Assembly (NCBI RefSeq): GCF_963921235.1
Contig: NC_086108.1
Coordinates: 105,340,001-105,404,000, forward strand
Source of the DNA: Mobula hypostoma
Taxonomy: Eukaryota
DNA: 64,000 nt
Direction of reading: 5' to 3'
Part shown: in pieces, positions 1 to 10,956 of the stretch
How positions within the stretch are numbered: the stretch's first letter is position 1
Layout: every line of letters starts with the position of its first letter
Translations under genes and position numbers: made by a program
Notes under the pieces: generated by a model
Seen by the model: only the letters and a program-made list of their open reading frames with translations
What the model was told of the DNA's origin: nothing
Databases searched by the model: none

Positions 1-1473
1 ATGGAATAATTTGCATTTATTTTAACAAGATTTATGGCCTCCCATTTTTAGAAGCACGGATGACAGGCCCTCACAGAGGTCAATGATGCTTCTTTTCCCC
101 AATTCAGTTTCTCGTGTAATTGCTCCTTGAAGACTGACATAAAGTGGAGATAAACAGACAACGAAAGACAAGCAGTTTGCTTCTAAGGACTTCTGTGGGT
201 GACATCTGATAAACATCTGACCATAATACACTTTGATGTGTTTGCTATTTCAGAAGTTATTAGTTGCAGGAAAAGAACCTTATCTGCACCTTTAAATGGA
301 GACCAGCAATTAACAAGGGACAGGTCAAGTGTTACAAATCAGGCTTCACACAGCGTTCATTAAAGAAGACGAAGAAGAGTGGAATGCATTAAATGCTGAC
401 AGCACCGTTTTTTTTTGCTTCAAAGAAACACTGTAGCAATTTTGACGTATAGATGAATTCAGGCAAAATAGAACTTGTGTTGTTTTGCATAGATTCAGAG
501 AATGATATGGCACAGAAGGGGTTTATTCAGCCCAAAAAGTCAGCGTCATCTTTTTGACAAAGCTAATTAATCCTACATCCAAGCTTGTTCCCTGAGGTCC
601 TGCAATTTTTTTTTTCTCTTTACCAGCACTTGTTTCTACAGATGTACAGTGGAGACCATCATAGTATCCCTCTTGTGTTTCTTGATCTCATTACTGGGGA
701 TCCAGTGTAATTCGACTCTGCCACGTTGACCTGGTCCACGTCTCCATTAACTCAGCCCAACACTATTTACCAATATTGTGATCTTTCTCTTTGTCACATC
801 TATCTTATTAGGATTTGGGGTTATGAATATGCTAAGGGTTTGTGGGGATGGTGGCTAAGTTTGGTGAGGTTACTGCTTATAGTTGGTGTTGGGGTGCGGA
901 TTGTAGGGAACGAGTGCTCAGATTTGTGGGGATATAGACTAGGGTTTGTAGTGATGTGGGGCAGCGTTTGTGGTAGAGTGATCAAATGTTTCCTGGGGTG
1001 TGGTCCAGCATATGTGGGGCATGGTGTTAGGGTTAGGAATAGGGTTTGGGAGACGGAAGTGAGGAGGCGGGAGCAGAGAGGGGGTGTGGAGATTAGGATT
1101 AGGGATTGGGTTGGGGGATGGAAGTGAGGGCCGGGCAGGTTCCCCCCTTCCTTCCATTATGTAACACACACAAAATGCTTTAGGGTTTGGGTTAGCATTT
1201 ATTGAGAGGAGTAAACAGTTGATGCGTTGGGTCAAGAATCTTCGATGGTTTATTCCTCTCCATAGATGCTGCCTGACCTGCTGAGTTGCTCCAGCATTTT
1301 GTATGTGTTAGTCTGAATTTCCAGCATTGACAGACTATTTTGTGTTTATGTTGTGGAGACCATCCTGACAGGATGTATCACAGCCTGATATGAGGCTGGC
1401 TCCAGTGTACAGGATGGTTATGGACTTAGCCAGCTCCATCACAACCTTTCTAATCAAATCAGTCGATTCTGAT

Positions 1474-2403
1474 CAAGTTTAATTATCATTCAAACCATAC
1501 AAAGATACAGTTGAATGAGACAGCTTCCTCTGAGATCAAGGTGCATAACATATCTTCAAAACAGCAAGGAGAGTCCAAGTCCCTGAGCGACATGCAAATT
1601 GATGGTACATCTCCCAGCAATGCAGCCTGTCGTTCCACCAGTCGAACACTGGAGGGCAGCACTAACAGGAGAGGCCAGCTCCCAACCAAACAGGGACACC
1701 ATGCTACACTGCCTCCAGCGCCTTCTCACTTGGACTGCAAGCTCAATTGGGCAAGCCCACTGCTTGAGGCCTAGTCCTTGCTACAAACATGGCCACATTG
1801 CTGACTTGTTGCCTGTCTCACCGCAAAACAAGCGAAACAGGTCTCACATTATCAAGATCCGACAGGGTCTTGCAATTGCAAGAGAAACGTCCGAGACTGT
1901 CACTCATGGTTACGCTGCACTCTGCTTTTATGTATCAACAGCGTTGGCTTTGAGTAGCCAGCGACAGCACAGTCTGCACCCAGGTCAGCTCCCCCACACC
2001 ACCGGCTTCGCCTCCTCCTGGCCGTTTGCTGGCTTCTCCTTCTCCAGCTGTTCGTCAGCTTCTCTTTCACTCGGCTGACCGCCGGTTTCTCCTTCTCCTG
2101 GCCGAGCTCTGGCTTCTCCTTTTCCGACCTGAGCACCAGCTTCTCCTTCCCCAACGCATCCCCCAGCTTCTCCTTCTCCGGCATTAGCGTGGGCTTCTCC
2201 TTCTCCAACTTGTCCGTCAGCTCTTTTGATGCCCTAGTCGGATGCTCCAAACAACAAGCAGACCACTGATGCAGTAGACCTACTGTACATGTAGTTCTTG
2301 GAGTCCAGTATAGCCTTATGATCATAAGAAACACATTTTAAAAAGAAAAGTGCACCTTGGTTGGCCCCTGAGAGGTCACTGCATTTGAACACACTGCCAT
2401 CTT
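1474..2403 (-). mobile_element. Non-autonomous retroposon-like dispersed element (family A) with internal 27-bp-period array
   Basis: Colinear similarity to 23866-25190 (shared CAAGTTTAATT.TCATT end, GGTCTTGCAAT, CACCCAGGTCAGCTC, CTGATGCAGT.GACCT blocks). The minus strand begins AAGATGGC and ends in a Rex1-like tail. Confidence 0.65.
2003..2228. repeat. 27-bp-period array with conserved RGCTTCTCCTTCTCC core and variable ~12-nt linkers (8-9 units)
   Basis: Units read directly from sequence. They give the EKEK(P/L) periodicity in ORF 1900-2334(-). Confidence 0.8.
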
Positions 2404-2776
2404 ACTGGAATAAAGTATCTTGGGCTGAAATGCCAACTAATTATTTCCATCCATAGATGTTGCCTGACTTGCTGATTTGTCCTGCAATTTATGTGTGTTG
2501 TTCAAGATTTCCAGCATCTGCAGGATCACCACACTGGGTATGCTGTTTTCTCTATGCTGCCACGGAGCAGGAGGCACAAGAGTCTGACGTCCTTATCACA
2601 CTTAGTGACTTAGGAACTGCTTCTTCCCCTCTGCCATCAAATTTCTGAATGGTCCATGAATCCATGAATACTAATTCATTATTCCTTTTTATAGCACTAT
2701 TTATAGTTAGTTCAAATGAGATTCTGAGACTATTAAATAGTCCCCTAGTATGAAAAATAGGACTTTAACCTCACAA

Positions 2777-3562
2777 TGTCATGGTCCGGTCCTTGAAATC
2801 CGCGTTCCGGTTCACCGTCTGGTCTGTGGACTCCGGACTCCAGGTCTTCCGGCTGTCCCTTGTTTCATTTGGGCTTAATCATAGGCACCTGATGCTCATC
2901 TTAGTGCTGGGAATATAAGTGGCTCTGGGTTCGAGTGTGGTGGCTGGTTTGTCTGGTCAGTATCTTGTCCTTGCCTCTGTGGGGTAAGTCAGGCTGTCTT
3001 TGTTGTTACCCTGTGGTTGGATCTGTCCCTCCTTGTCCTTGCCTCCATTGGGTAAGCCAGGCTGACTTTGCCATTACCCTGAGGCTGGACTGTTCCCTTC
3101 CCTTCCCTTCCCTTCCCTTCCCTTCCCCTCCCCTGGAGCCTTGCCTGCAACCTGTGTCTGGGTCCTTGTCCAGTCTCTGGCTCTGAGTCCAAACCCAAGC
3201 CTCGTCATGTCTTCGCCTTGAAGAACCCAAGCCTTGTCATGTCTTTGCCACGAAGAACCCAAGCCTCGTCATGTCCTCACCTCGAAGAACCCAAGCCATG
3301 TCCAGTCCTGTAGCCACGTCATGTCCTTGCCTAGTTCCGGGGTCCGAGCCTGAGTCAAAACCTAGATTCTGGGTCCTTGTTCAGTCTCTGGCTCGGAGTC
3401 CCAGCCTCTTAGTTCCCAGTTCCTTGTCTTGGTCCCACTTGCCTAGCCAATGTCCTATCCCAAGTCTGTGGTCTTGTCCCAGCTCTCTAGTCAAGTCTTG
3501 TTCCTAGTACTTCACTGTCTGTGTCTTGCATTTGGGTCTGCTCCCAGCGCCCCCATATGGCA
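2777..3562 (+). mobile_element. Solo LTR (Gypsy/ERV-like), 786 bp
   Basis: TGTCAT...ATGGCA termini and 5-bp TSD CACAA (2772-2776 / 3563-3567). Contains a TATA-like TATAAG near 2914, (TTCCC)n and ~32-bp tandem repeats. Confidence 0.8.
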
Positions 3563-4164
3563 CACAATCTACCTCATAATGATTTTGCACTTTATTGTTT
3601 ACCTGCACTGCACTTTTTCGGTAGCTGTTACACTTTATTCTGCTTTGGTATTGTTTTACCTTGTTCTACCTCAACACACTGTATGAACACTGTATCTCAA
3701 TTCACATGACAATAATAAACTAATCCTAAATCCAAGCAACACGTTCCACTGTATGTTTCAATGCATATGGGATAAATAAATGAATCTGAATTCTAATTCC
3801 AGAAGTACAGGGCAGGTACTTTTACACAGAGTGGTGGGTGCTGGAAATGTGCGGCCGGGGGTGGTATGGGTGGCAAATACCAAAGAGGCATTTAAGAGTT
3901 ACTGGATAGGCACAGGAAGATGCAGAAAATGGAAGGATGCAGACATTGAGTAGGCAGAAGGGATTACTTTAGTTGGCATTCAATTACTGGTTTAATTAGT
4001 TTGGTCCTATTCCTCATCACCATCATCGTGTGCTGTGTGTATGATGAGGTCATGGACCATGATATTGTTCTTGGCAAATTTACATTAGGAGCTGACTGAC
4101 TTTTTCCACTGAAGCATCAGCTAACTTTCAGTGCCATCCTTGAGTCAAATCGATATAGAGCTAT

Positions 4165-4545
4165 TTGTTTGTTATGTGCTGTGTTGTAAATGACAAGGGC
4201 GATCATGGTCTTTCTCATGACAATGATTGGTCTTGGCAAATTTTTCTTCAGTAGTGGTTTGCCATTGTCTTCTTCTGGGCAGTGTCTTTACAAAACAGGT
4301 AACCCCAGCCATTATCAATACTTGTCAGAAATTGTCTGTCTGGTGTCAGTGGTCGCTTAGCCAGGACTTGTGATATGCACCAGCCGCTCTTTGGACCATC
4401 CACCACCTGATCCCATGGCTTCACATGACCCTGATCGGGGGGCTAAGCAGGTGCTACACCTTGTCTAAGGGTGACCTGCAGGCTAGAGGAGGGAAGGAGC
4501 ACCTTACACCTCCTTTGATAGAGACAGATCTCCACCCTGCTACGC
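4165..4545 (-). mobile_element. RTE-derived non-autonomous element (SINE-like)
   Basis: AGTGGTTTGCCATTGTCTTC resembles the BovB/Sauria-type RTE signature. A partial second copy lies at ~38020-38097. Confidence 0.55.
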
Positions 4546-5057
4546 AATTGATCCTATTTCTTTATAGAAGTATTTAAAATTATGAGGAGTATTGATAAGG
4601 CAGATGGTAACAGTAACATGAGAGATTCTGCAGGTGCTGGAAATGCAAAGCCACACACATAAAATGTTGGAGAAATTCAGCAGGTCGGGCAGCATCTATG
4701 GAAATGGATAAACTGTCGACATTTCGGGCTGAGACCCACCTTGAGGACTAAGAAGGAAGGGAGAAGATCTTCCCTAGGACAGGGGAGACCAAAAGTAGGA
4801 GACACAGATGTAGAATGAAAGGGGAGAGATTTATGGGTCAACTTCTTCATGCAGAGGGTAGTGAGTATATGGAACAAGCTGCAGGAGGAACCGGTTGAGA
4901 GGGATATCAGTCGAATGCAGGAAGATGGGGCAATCTGGATGGCTACCATGGTCAGCATAAGCTGGTTGGGCCGATTGGCCTGTGTCTGTGCTGTACAGCT
5001 CTACAACTCCATGGCATACTGCACAACATCATACCATGGTCGTTATTCAACATTCTA

Positions 5058-5295
5058 GGGTACCACAGTAACGTAGCCGTTAGCGCAATGCACTTACAGC
5101 TTGGGGTGTTGGAAACTGGTGTTAAAATCCGATACTGTCTGTAAGGAGTTTGTACATCTGCCTCATGACCACGTGGGTTTCCCCTGGGTGCTCCGGTTTC
5201 TACCCACACTCCAAAGACGTACTGGTTATTAGGTTAATTGGTATATTAACCTAATGGTTGATATATAATGGTTAATTGTACAGTATATTGTCCCG
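5058..5295 (+). mobile_element. V-SINE / HE1-like tRNA-derived SINE
   Basis: tRNA-like head plus V-domain GGGTTTCC.CTGGGTGCTCCGGTTTC..CCCACA.TCCAAAGACGT. Confidence 0.75.
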
Positions 5296-5778
5296 TCAGT
5301 GGTGGTTGTCCATCATGTCCGAAGACGATAGGAAACCTGCTGGAGAGTTTTTGAAGTGGAAAAACCATTGCACTGCAGCAGTTCCTCTCTCTCAACCTCA
5401 CAAATTTGAGTCGATCATCACAAACTCAGGTCTTCCTTGGTTGAAGTGGATGACAACGATGTTCTCTGCCCCTCACTCGCCATGGAGCATTGCAGTACCA
5501 CCTTCCTGGACTGGACCAGAATCAACTTCAGTATCATTAGCTTATGTTATACAATTTGTTGTTTTGTGGCAGCAGTACATTGCAATATATACCATATATA
5601 TTAAAATATTAAATTAAGTAAGTACTGTAGTGGAAAAAGAAGAAAAACATATTCAGTTGGTGATCATGGGCTTAATGTCCATTCCAATATCTGATGGCAG
5701 AGGGGATAAAGCTATTCCTAAATTGTTGACTGGGTGCCTTCAGGCTCCTGTACCACCTCCTTGATGGGAGCAATGAGA

Positions 5779-7384
5779 AGAACATAGAACATAGAAATCT
5801 ACAGCACATTACAGGCCTTTCGGCCCACAATGTTGTGCCGACCATGTAACCTGCTCTACAGACTGCCTAGAATTCCCCTATCGCATAGCCCTCTATTTTT
5901 CTAAGCCGCATGTACCTATCTAAGAGGTTCTTAAAAGACCCTATTGTATCCGCTTCAAGCACTGCTACTGGCAGTGCATTCCACACACCCACCACTCTCT
6001 GTGTGGAAAAACTTACCCCTGACATCCTCTTGGTACCTGTTTCCAGCACCTTAAAACTAAGCCTCCTCGTGTTAGCCATTTCAGCCCTGGGAAAAAGCCT
6101 CTGGCTATCCACACGATCAATGCCCCTCATCATCTTATACACCACTATCAGGTCACCTCTCATCCTCCGTCGCTCCAAGTACATTCAACCTATTCTCACA
6201 AGGTATGGCCTCCAGGCAACATTCTTGTAAATCTCCTCTGAACTCTCTCTATAGTATCTATAACCTTCCTGTAGTGAGGTGACCAGAACTGAACACAGTA
6301 CTCCAAATGGGGTCTGACCAAGGTCTTATATAGCTGTAAAATTACTTTATGGCTCTTGGACTCAATCCTATGGTTGGTGAATGCCAACACACCATACGCC
6401 TTCTTAACAACACTGTCAACCTGCGCAGCAGCTTTGAGTGTCCTATCGTCATGGACTCTAAGATCTCTCAGATCTAACATGCTGCCAAGAATTTGACCAT
6501 TGTATTCTGTCTTCAAATTGGACCTACCAAAATGAACCACTTCACACTTATCTAGGTTGATGTCCATCTGCCACTTCTCAGCCCAGTTCTGCATCGTAAC
6601 GATGTCCAACTGTAACCTCTGACAACCCTCCAGGATATTCACAACACCCCCAACCTTTGTGTCATCAGGAAACTTGCTAACCCACATTTTTACTTCTTCA
6701 TCCAGGTCATTTATAAAAATCACAAAGAGGAGGGGTCCCAGCACAGAGTCTTGCGGAACACCACTGGTCACTGACTCCATGCAGGATACGAACAATCCAT
6801 AACCACCCTTTGCCTTCTGTGGGCAAGCCAATTCTGGATCCACAAAGCAAAGTCTCCTTGGATCCTATGCCTCCTTACGTTTTGAAGGAGTCTTGCATGG
6901 GGAACCTTATCAAATGCCTTACTGAAATCCATATACACAACATCCACTGCTCTACCTTCATCAATGAGTTTTGTTACATCCTTAGAATTCAATCAGGTAC
7001 GTCAGGCACGACCTGCCATGCTGACTATCCCTAATCAGATTATGTCTCTCCAAATCCTCATTAATCCTGCCTCTCAGAATCTTCTCCAACCACTTGCCCA
7101 CCACTGAAATCAGACTTACTGGTCTATAATTCCCTGGGTTATCTCTACTCTCTTTCTTGAACAAGGGAACAACATTTACAACCCTCCTCTTCTGTTCCCT
7201 ACACTCTGAGCCACAGGGCCAGACTCAGTGCCAGAGGCACGGTTACTGTTGCTTACCTCAGGTAGGGCATTCCCCCCCCCCAACAGCACTCAAAATGGAG
7301 TACTTATTATTAAGGGGACAGCCACAGGGTGTTCTCCACTACTTGACGCCCTCCCGTCCCTCTCCTGACGGTCACCCACTTATC
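5779..7384 (-). mobile_element. CR1 LINE, internally deleted (ORF1 fragment joined to the RT half of ORF2)
   Basis: ORFs 5867-7164 give NYRPVSL, YMDFSKAFDKVPH, GVPQDSVLGPLLF, PHLEYCVQFWSP. (TTCTATG)n tail at 5779-5797. 7190-7384 reads KWVTVRRG...VAVPLNNKYSIL (CR1 ORF1-like, frameshifted). Confidence 0.9.
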
Positions 7385-7439
7385 TGAGAGAGCATGCCCT
7401 GGGTGATGAGGGTCCTTAATGATGGATGCTGTTCTCGCT

Positions 7440-7725
7440 GCAGATTTCATCCACCCACTCTGCCAGAGCTGAGTTCACATGCTAGGACAGGCAGGTCCCT
7501 ATCTCACTGGGGTAGAAGGCCGCTGGCTACCCTCACCTGGTTTAGCACCACCTATCAAAGAGGTATACTAAGGTGTGGCCACTACACAGGTTTACAGCAA
7601 CTTGGAGCCACAGGTAACAGCTGAGTGTCCGGTGGGGACGAGTGGTGAGTGAGCTGCCCTGCAATGGACACGGCAAGCCCTTTCACCAGAGCTGCTACTC
7701 CTCCCTGAATACCCTATGCACCCTA
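7440..7725 (-). mobile_element. RTE-type non-autonomous element 5' region
   Basis: GC-rich structured segment with GGTGAAAGGGCTTGCCGTGTCC, similar to RTE 5' UTRs. It carries an HDV-like fold (next feature). Confidence 0.5.
7533..7724 (-). ncRNA. Degenerate HDV-like ribozyme with hairpin-expanded L3
   Basis: Manual fold: P1 AGGGUGC/ACACCUU (6/7 pairs), P2 UUACCUG/CAGGUGA, P3 GGC/GCC, L3 UCCAAGU plus a 6-bp hairpin, P4 ACCU/AGGU, J4/2 CUAA. Confidence 0.45.
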
Positions 7726-8580
7726 TGACCTTTGATTTGGTTAGGGTTAAAAAGGTGGGTTGCTGCATAGTTGGCTGATTGGGCCAGAAGGACCCATTTT
7801 GTGCTGTATCTCTAAATAAACAAATAAGAATTTCACCCTAATATTCCACGTTGCCTAACCCCTGTTTATTACGTTCATGTAAATTCTGAAGAAAACGCAA
7901 GTGCATTCATCCCGTATAGTTTGCAAAATCTGCATGCACCTTTGACCCAGGTTTTCATATAGGTCACCATCCAGTCTGCTAAGGTTAACACTGATCCAAG
8001 AGAATAGGCCTTCTGTTGTCATGGGAGTGGAATAGGAGCAAAAAAAAAGCATGCATGGTACACCATGTCCAAATAACATCTGCAACAGAGACTTATGTTT
8101 AACGCATTCCTACAGATCTCCTTTATTCTTGGCCTCCTGCATGGAAATTTCCTTTCCTGCTGTCCCTGGTCCCGCTGGAGGATTCCTCCTTCAGGACTGC
8201 ACCTAGCGTCTTATACAAAAGGCGGAGTGGATTACTCAAGTACCATGGCTTGGACTGCTGCAGCCAGGAGGGGAGGGGCCTCTTCTCAGTGATACAAGCA
8301 ACTGAAGCCTTTGGCATCAGGCACGCTCCCCACAGCTTAGCTCAGGTTTTTTGCCTCGTGGAGAGTTGCTTACACTAAACCACAAGTTCAGTTACTCATA
8401 CTTCACTGAGAATGAGTGTGTTTTGATGCAAGGAGTTTCACAGGACACTCTCAGAAGAATAACACTCCACAGTTAGTGGCTATCCATTCATCCATTTACT
8501 TGTTAAAGGCTGCACCTCACTCTGCTCAATAAAGTTCGCTCAAAAATAACTCTGTGTCTAAAGATAGTGATGCCACATCA

Positions 8581-8626
8581 TGTGTGTGTATGTATGTGTG
8601 TGTGCGTGTGTGTGTGTATGTGTGTG
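8581..8626. repeat. (TG)n microsatellite
   Basis: Direct inspection. Confidence 0.95.
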
Positions 8627-9239
8627 ATGAATATCTTTGCTAAAGATAAAAGATGCCCCCTGAGTTGGCAAATTTATTTTTCTTCCAGCTGGCTTGCTTT
8701 CTAACGCCGATCTGCTCCAGCTGTGAGACCAGTTCTACCATTGCAGGCGGGATTGCAACGCAGCAAGGTAGAAGTCTGTTCCTCTGCCTCCTGCAATTTT
8801 CTATCCAGAAGCTGCAGTGATTACTTTGAGACAGTTTTACATTCAATAAAACACAAACTTGAATTTAAAAAAATCGCAATATGACTCAGTGAGGTTTAAC
8901 TCAATGTAACACGCATCACCTGTCAGTAGTTCATAGCCTCTGCCTTCCAGTCTGGTTGACCCAATGGAGGATGGTATAGCAAGAAAACAGAACATGGAAC
9001 ATAGAACACAACGCAGAATATAAAACATAGAAAATGAAATCAGAATCAGAATCAGGTTTAATATCACTGGCATGAAATTTGTTGTTTGGCAGCAGCAGTA
9101 TATTGCAATACATAATAATCGGAGAACTATAAATTGCAGTAAGAAATATATATACCAGTTAAATTAAATAAGTGGTATAAAAAGAGAACAAAAAAAGACA
9201 AAAAATAGTGAGATAGTGTAAATGGGTTCATGGACTATT

Positions 9240-10115
9240 CAGAAATCTGATGGCAGAGGGGAAGAAGCTGTTCCTGAAATGTTGTGTGTGCCCTCAGGTT
9301 TAATATCACCGGCATGTATCATAACAAATTTCACGACGCATGCCGCTGATATTAATCCTAATTCTGATTTCTGTCCCTCCTGTTTGATGGTAGCAATGAA
9401 AAAAGGTCATGTCCTGGGTGATAGGAGTCCATAATAATGGATAACGCCTTTCTGAGGCATCGCCTGTTGAAGATGTCCCCACTCCTGGGGAGGCTGGTGC
9501 CCATGGTGGAGCTGGCCAGGTTTGAAACTTCCTGCAGCTTTTTCCAATCCCGTGCAGTGGGCCACTGGGGCCCTCCATACCAGATAGTGATGCAACCAGT
9601 TAGAATGCTCTCCATGGTACATCTATTGAAATTTGTGAGTGTCTTTGCTAACATACCAAGTCTCCTCAAACTCCTAAAGAAATATAGACACCTTTCTGCC
9701 GGTTTCGTAATTGCATCGAAGGTGGGCACAGGATAAATCTTCAGAGATGTTGACACTCAGGAACTTGAAACTGCTCACGCTTTCCACTGCTGACCCCTCA
9801 GTGATGACGGTGTGTGTTTCCTCCACTTCCCCTTCCTCTGAAATGCACAATAAATTCTTTGGTCTTAATGACGTTGAGTGTAAGATTGTTATTGCATTAC
9901 CACTCAACCAGCTGATCTATCTCACTTTTGTACACCTCCTTGTCAAAATCTGAAATTCTGCCAACAGTAGTTGTGCCATCATCAAATTTGCAGATGGTAT
10001 CTGAGCAGTGCCGAGCCACGCAGTCTTGGGCGCAGAGAGAGTAGAGCAGTGGGCTAAGCAAGTAGCCTTGAGCCTTGAGGTGAGCCAGTGTTGATTGTCA
10101 GCGAGGGGGAGATGT
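9240..10115 (-). mobile_element. Rex1/Babar LINE RT C-terminal relic
   Basis: VESVSSFKFLSVNISEDL, RCLYFFRSLRRLG, TMESILTGCITIWYG, HPGHDLFSLLPS. Confidence 0.85.
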
Positions 10116-10174
10116 CATTTCCTAGAAATAACACAGAGCATAGAACATAATAATATCAAACACAGAAAGTAGAT

Positions 10175-10956
10175 AAGCAAACAAGAGGAATTCTGCAGAT
10201 GCTGGAAATTCAAAAGTGTCCCTACCACCATTCAGGGCCCCAGACAGTCCTTCCAGGTGAGGCGGTACTTCACCTGTGAGTCAGCTGGGGTGATAACTGC
10301 GTCCGGTGCTTCCGATGTGGCCTTTTATATATTGGCGAGAGCCGACGCAGACTGAGAGATCATTTCGCTGAACACCTATGCTCTGTCCGCCAGAGAAAGC
10401 AGGATCTCCCAGTGGCCACACATTTTAATTCCACATCCCAATCCCATTCTGATATGTCTATCCACGGCCTCCTCTACTGTAAAGATGAAGCTACACTCAG
10501 GTTGGAGGAACAACACCTTATATTCCGTCTGGGTAGCCTCCAACCTGATGGCATGAACACTGTCTTCTCTAACTTCCGCTAATGCCCCACCTTCCCCTCG
10601 TACCCCATCTATTATTTATTTATATACACACATTCTTTCTCTCTCTCTCTTTTTTCTCCCACTGTCCCCTTGACTATACCCCTTGCCCATCCTCTGGGTT
10701 TCCCCCCCTCCCCCTTTTCCTTCTCCCTGGGCCTCCTGTCCCATGATCCTCTCATATCCCTTTTGCCAATCACCCGTCCAGCTCTTGGCTCCATCCCTGC
10801 CCCTCCTGTCTTCTCCTATCATTTTGGATCTCCCCTTCCCCCTCCCACTTTCAAATCTCTTACTAACTCTTCCTTCAGTTAGTCCTGACGAAGGGTCTCG
10901 GCCCGAAACGTCGACTGTACCTCTTCCTAGAGATGCTGCCTGGCCTGCTGTGTTCA
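10175..10956 (+). mobile_element. Penelope-like element (GIY-YIG end plus pseudo-LTR), 5'-truncated, with an inverted tail piece
   Basis: FQVRRYFTCESAGVI..C..CGLLYIGESRRRL..HF.EH...RLEEQHLIFRLGSLQPDGMN, stop at ~10582. 13-bp TSD ACAGAAAGTAGAT (10162-10174 / 10957-10969). 10175-10213 is an inverted tail. Confidence 0.9.
10881..10916 (+). ncRNA. Minimal type-I hammerhead ribozyme (Penelope pLTR)
   Basis: AGTC-CTGACGA-A-GGGTCTCGGCCC-GAAA-CG-TC-GACT: intact CUGANGA and GAAA boxes, helix I, helix II, palindromic ACGT helix III, GUC cleavage triplet. Confidence 0.85.

Noticed and set aside
2003..2228. CRISPR-like repeat-spacer appearance
   Set aside because: The core is 15 nt and the linkers ~12 nt, both too short. 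Linkers are partly related, there are no cas genes, the context is eukaryotic, and the array sits inside a dispersed repeat.
1900..2334. EKEK-repeat protein
   Set aside because: The periodicity shifts frame within the array, and the sister copy of the element does not encode it.
4395..4455. Twister- or HDV-like ribozyme in the RTE-derived element (minus strand)
   Set aside because: Only an outer CACCTG/CAGGTG helix fits; the required pseudoknots and core could not be assigned.
8123..8317. Host protein-coding exon (MPKASVAC...)
   Set aside because: No recognisable family, an in-frame stop lies shortly upstream, and there are no convincing splice sites on that strand.
8650..8670. CTCF site (CAGGGGGCA on minus)
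   Set aside because: Only the 3' half of the consensus matches.
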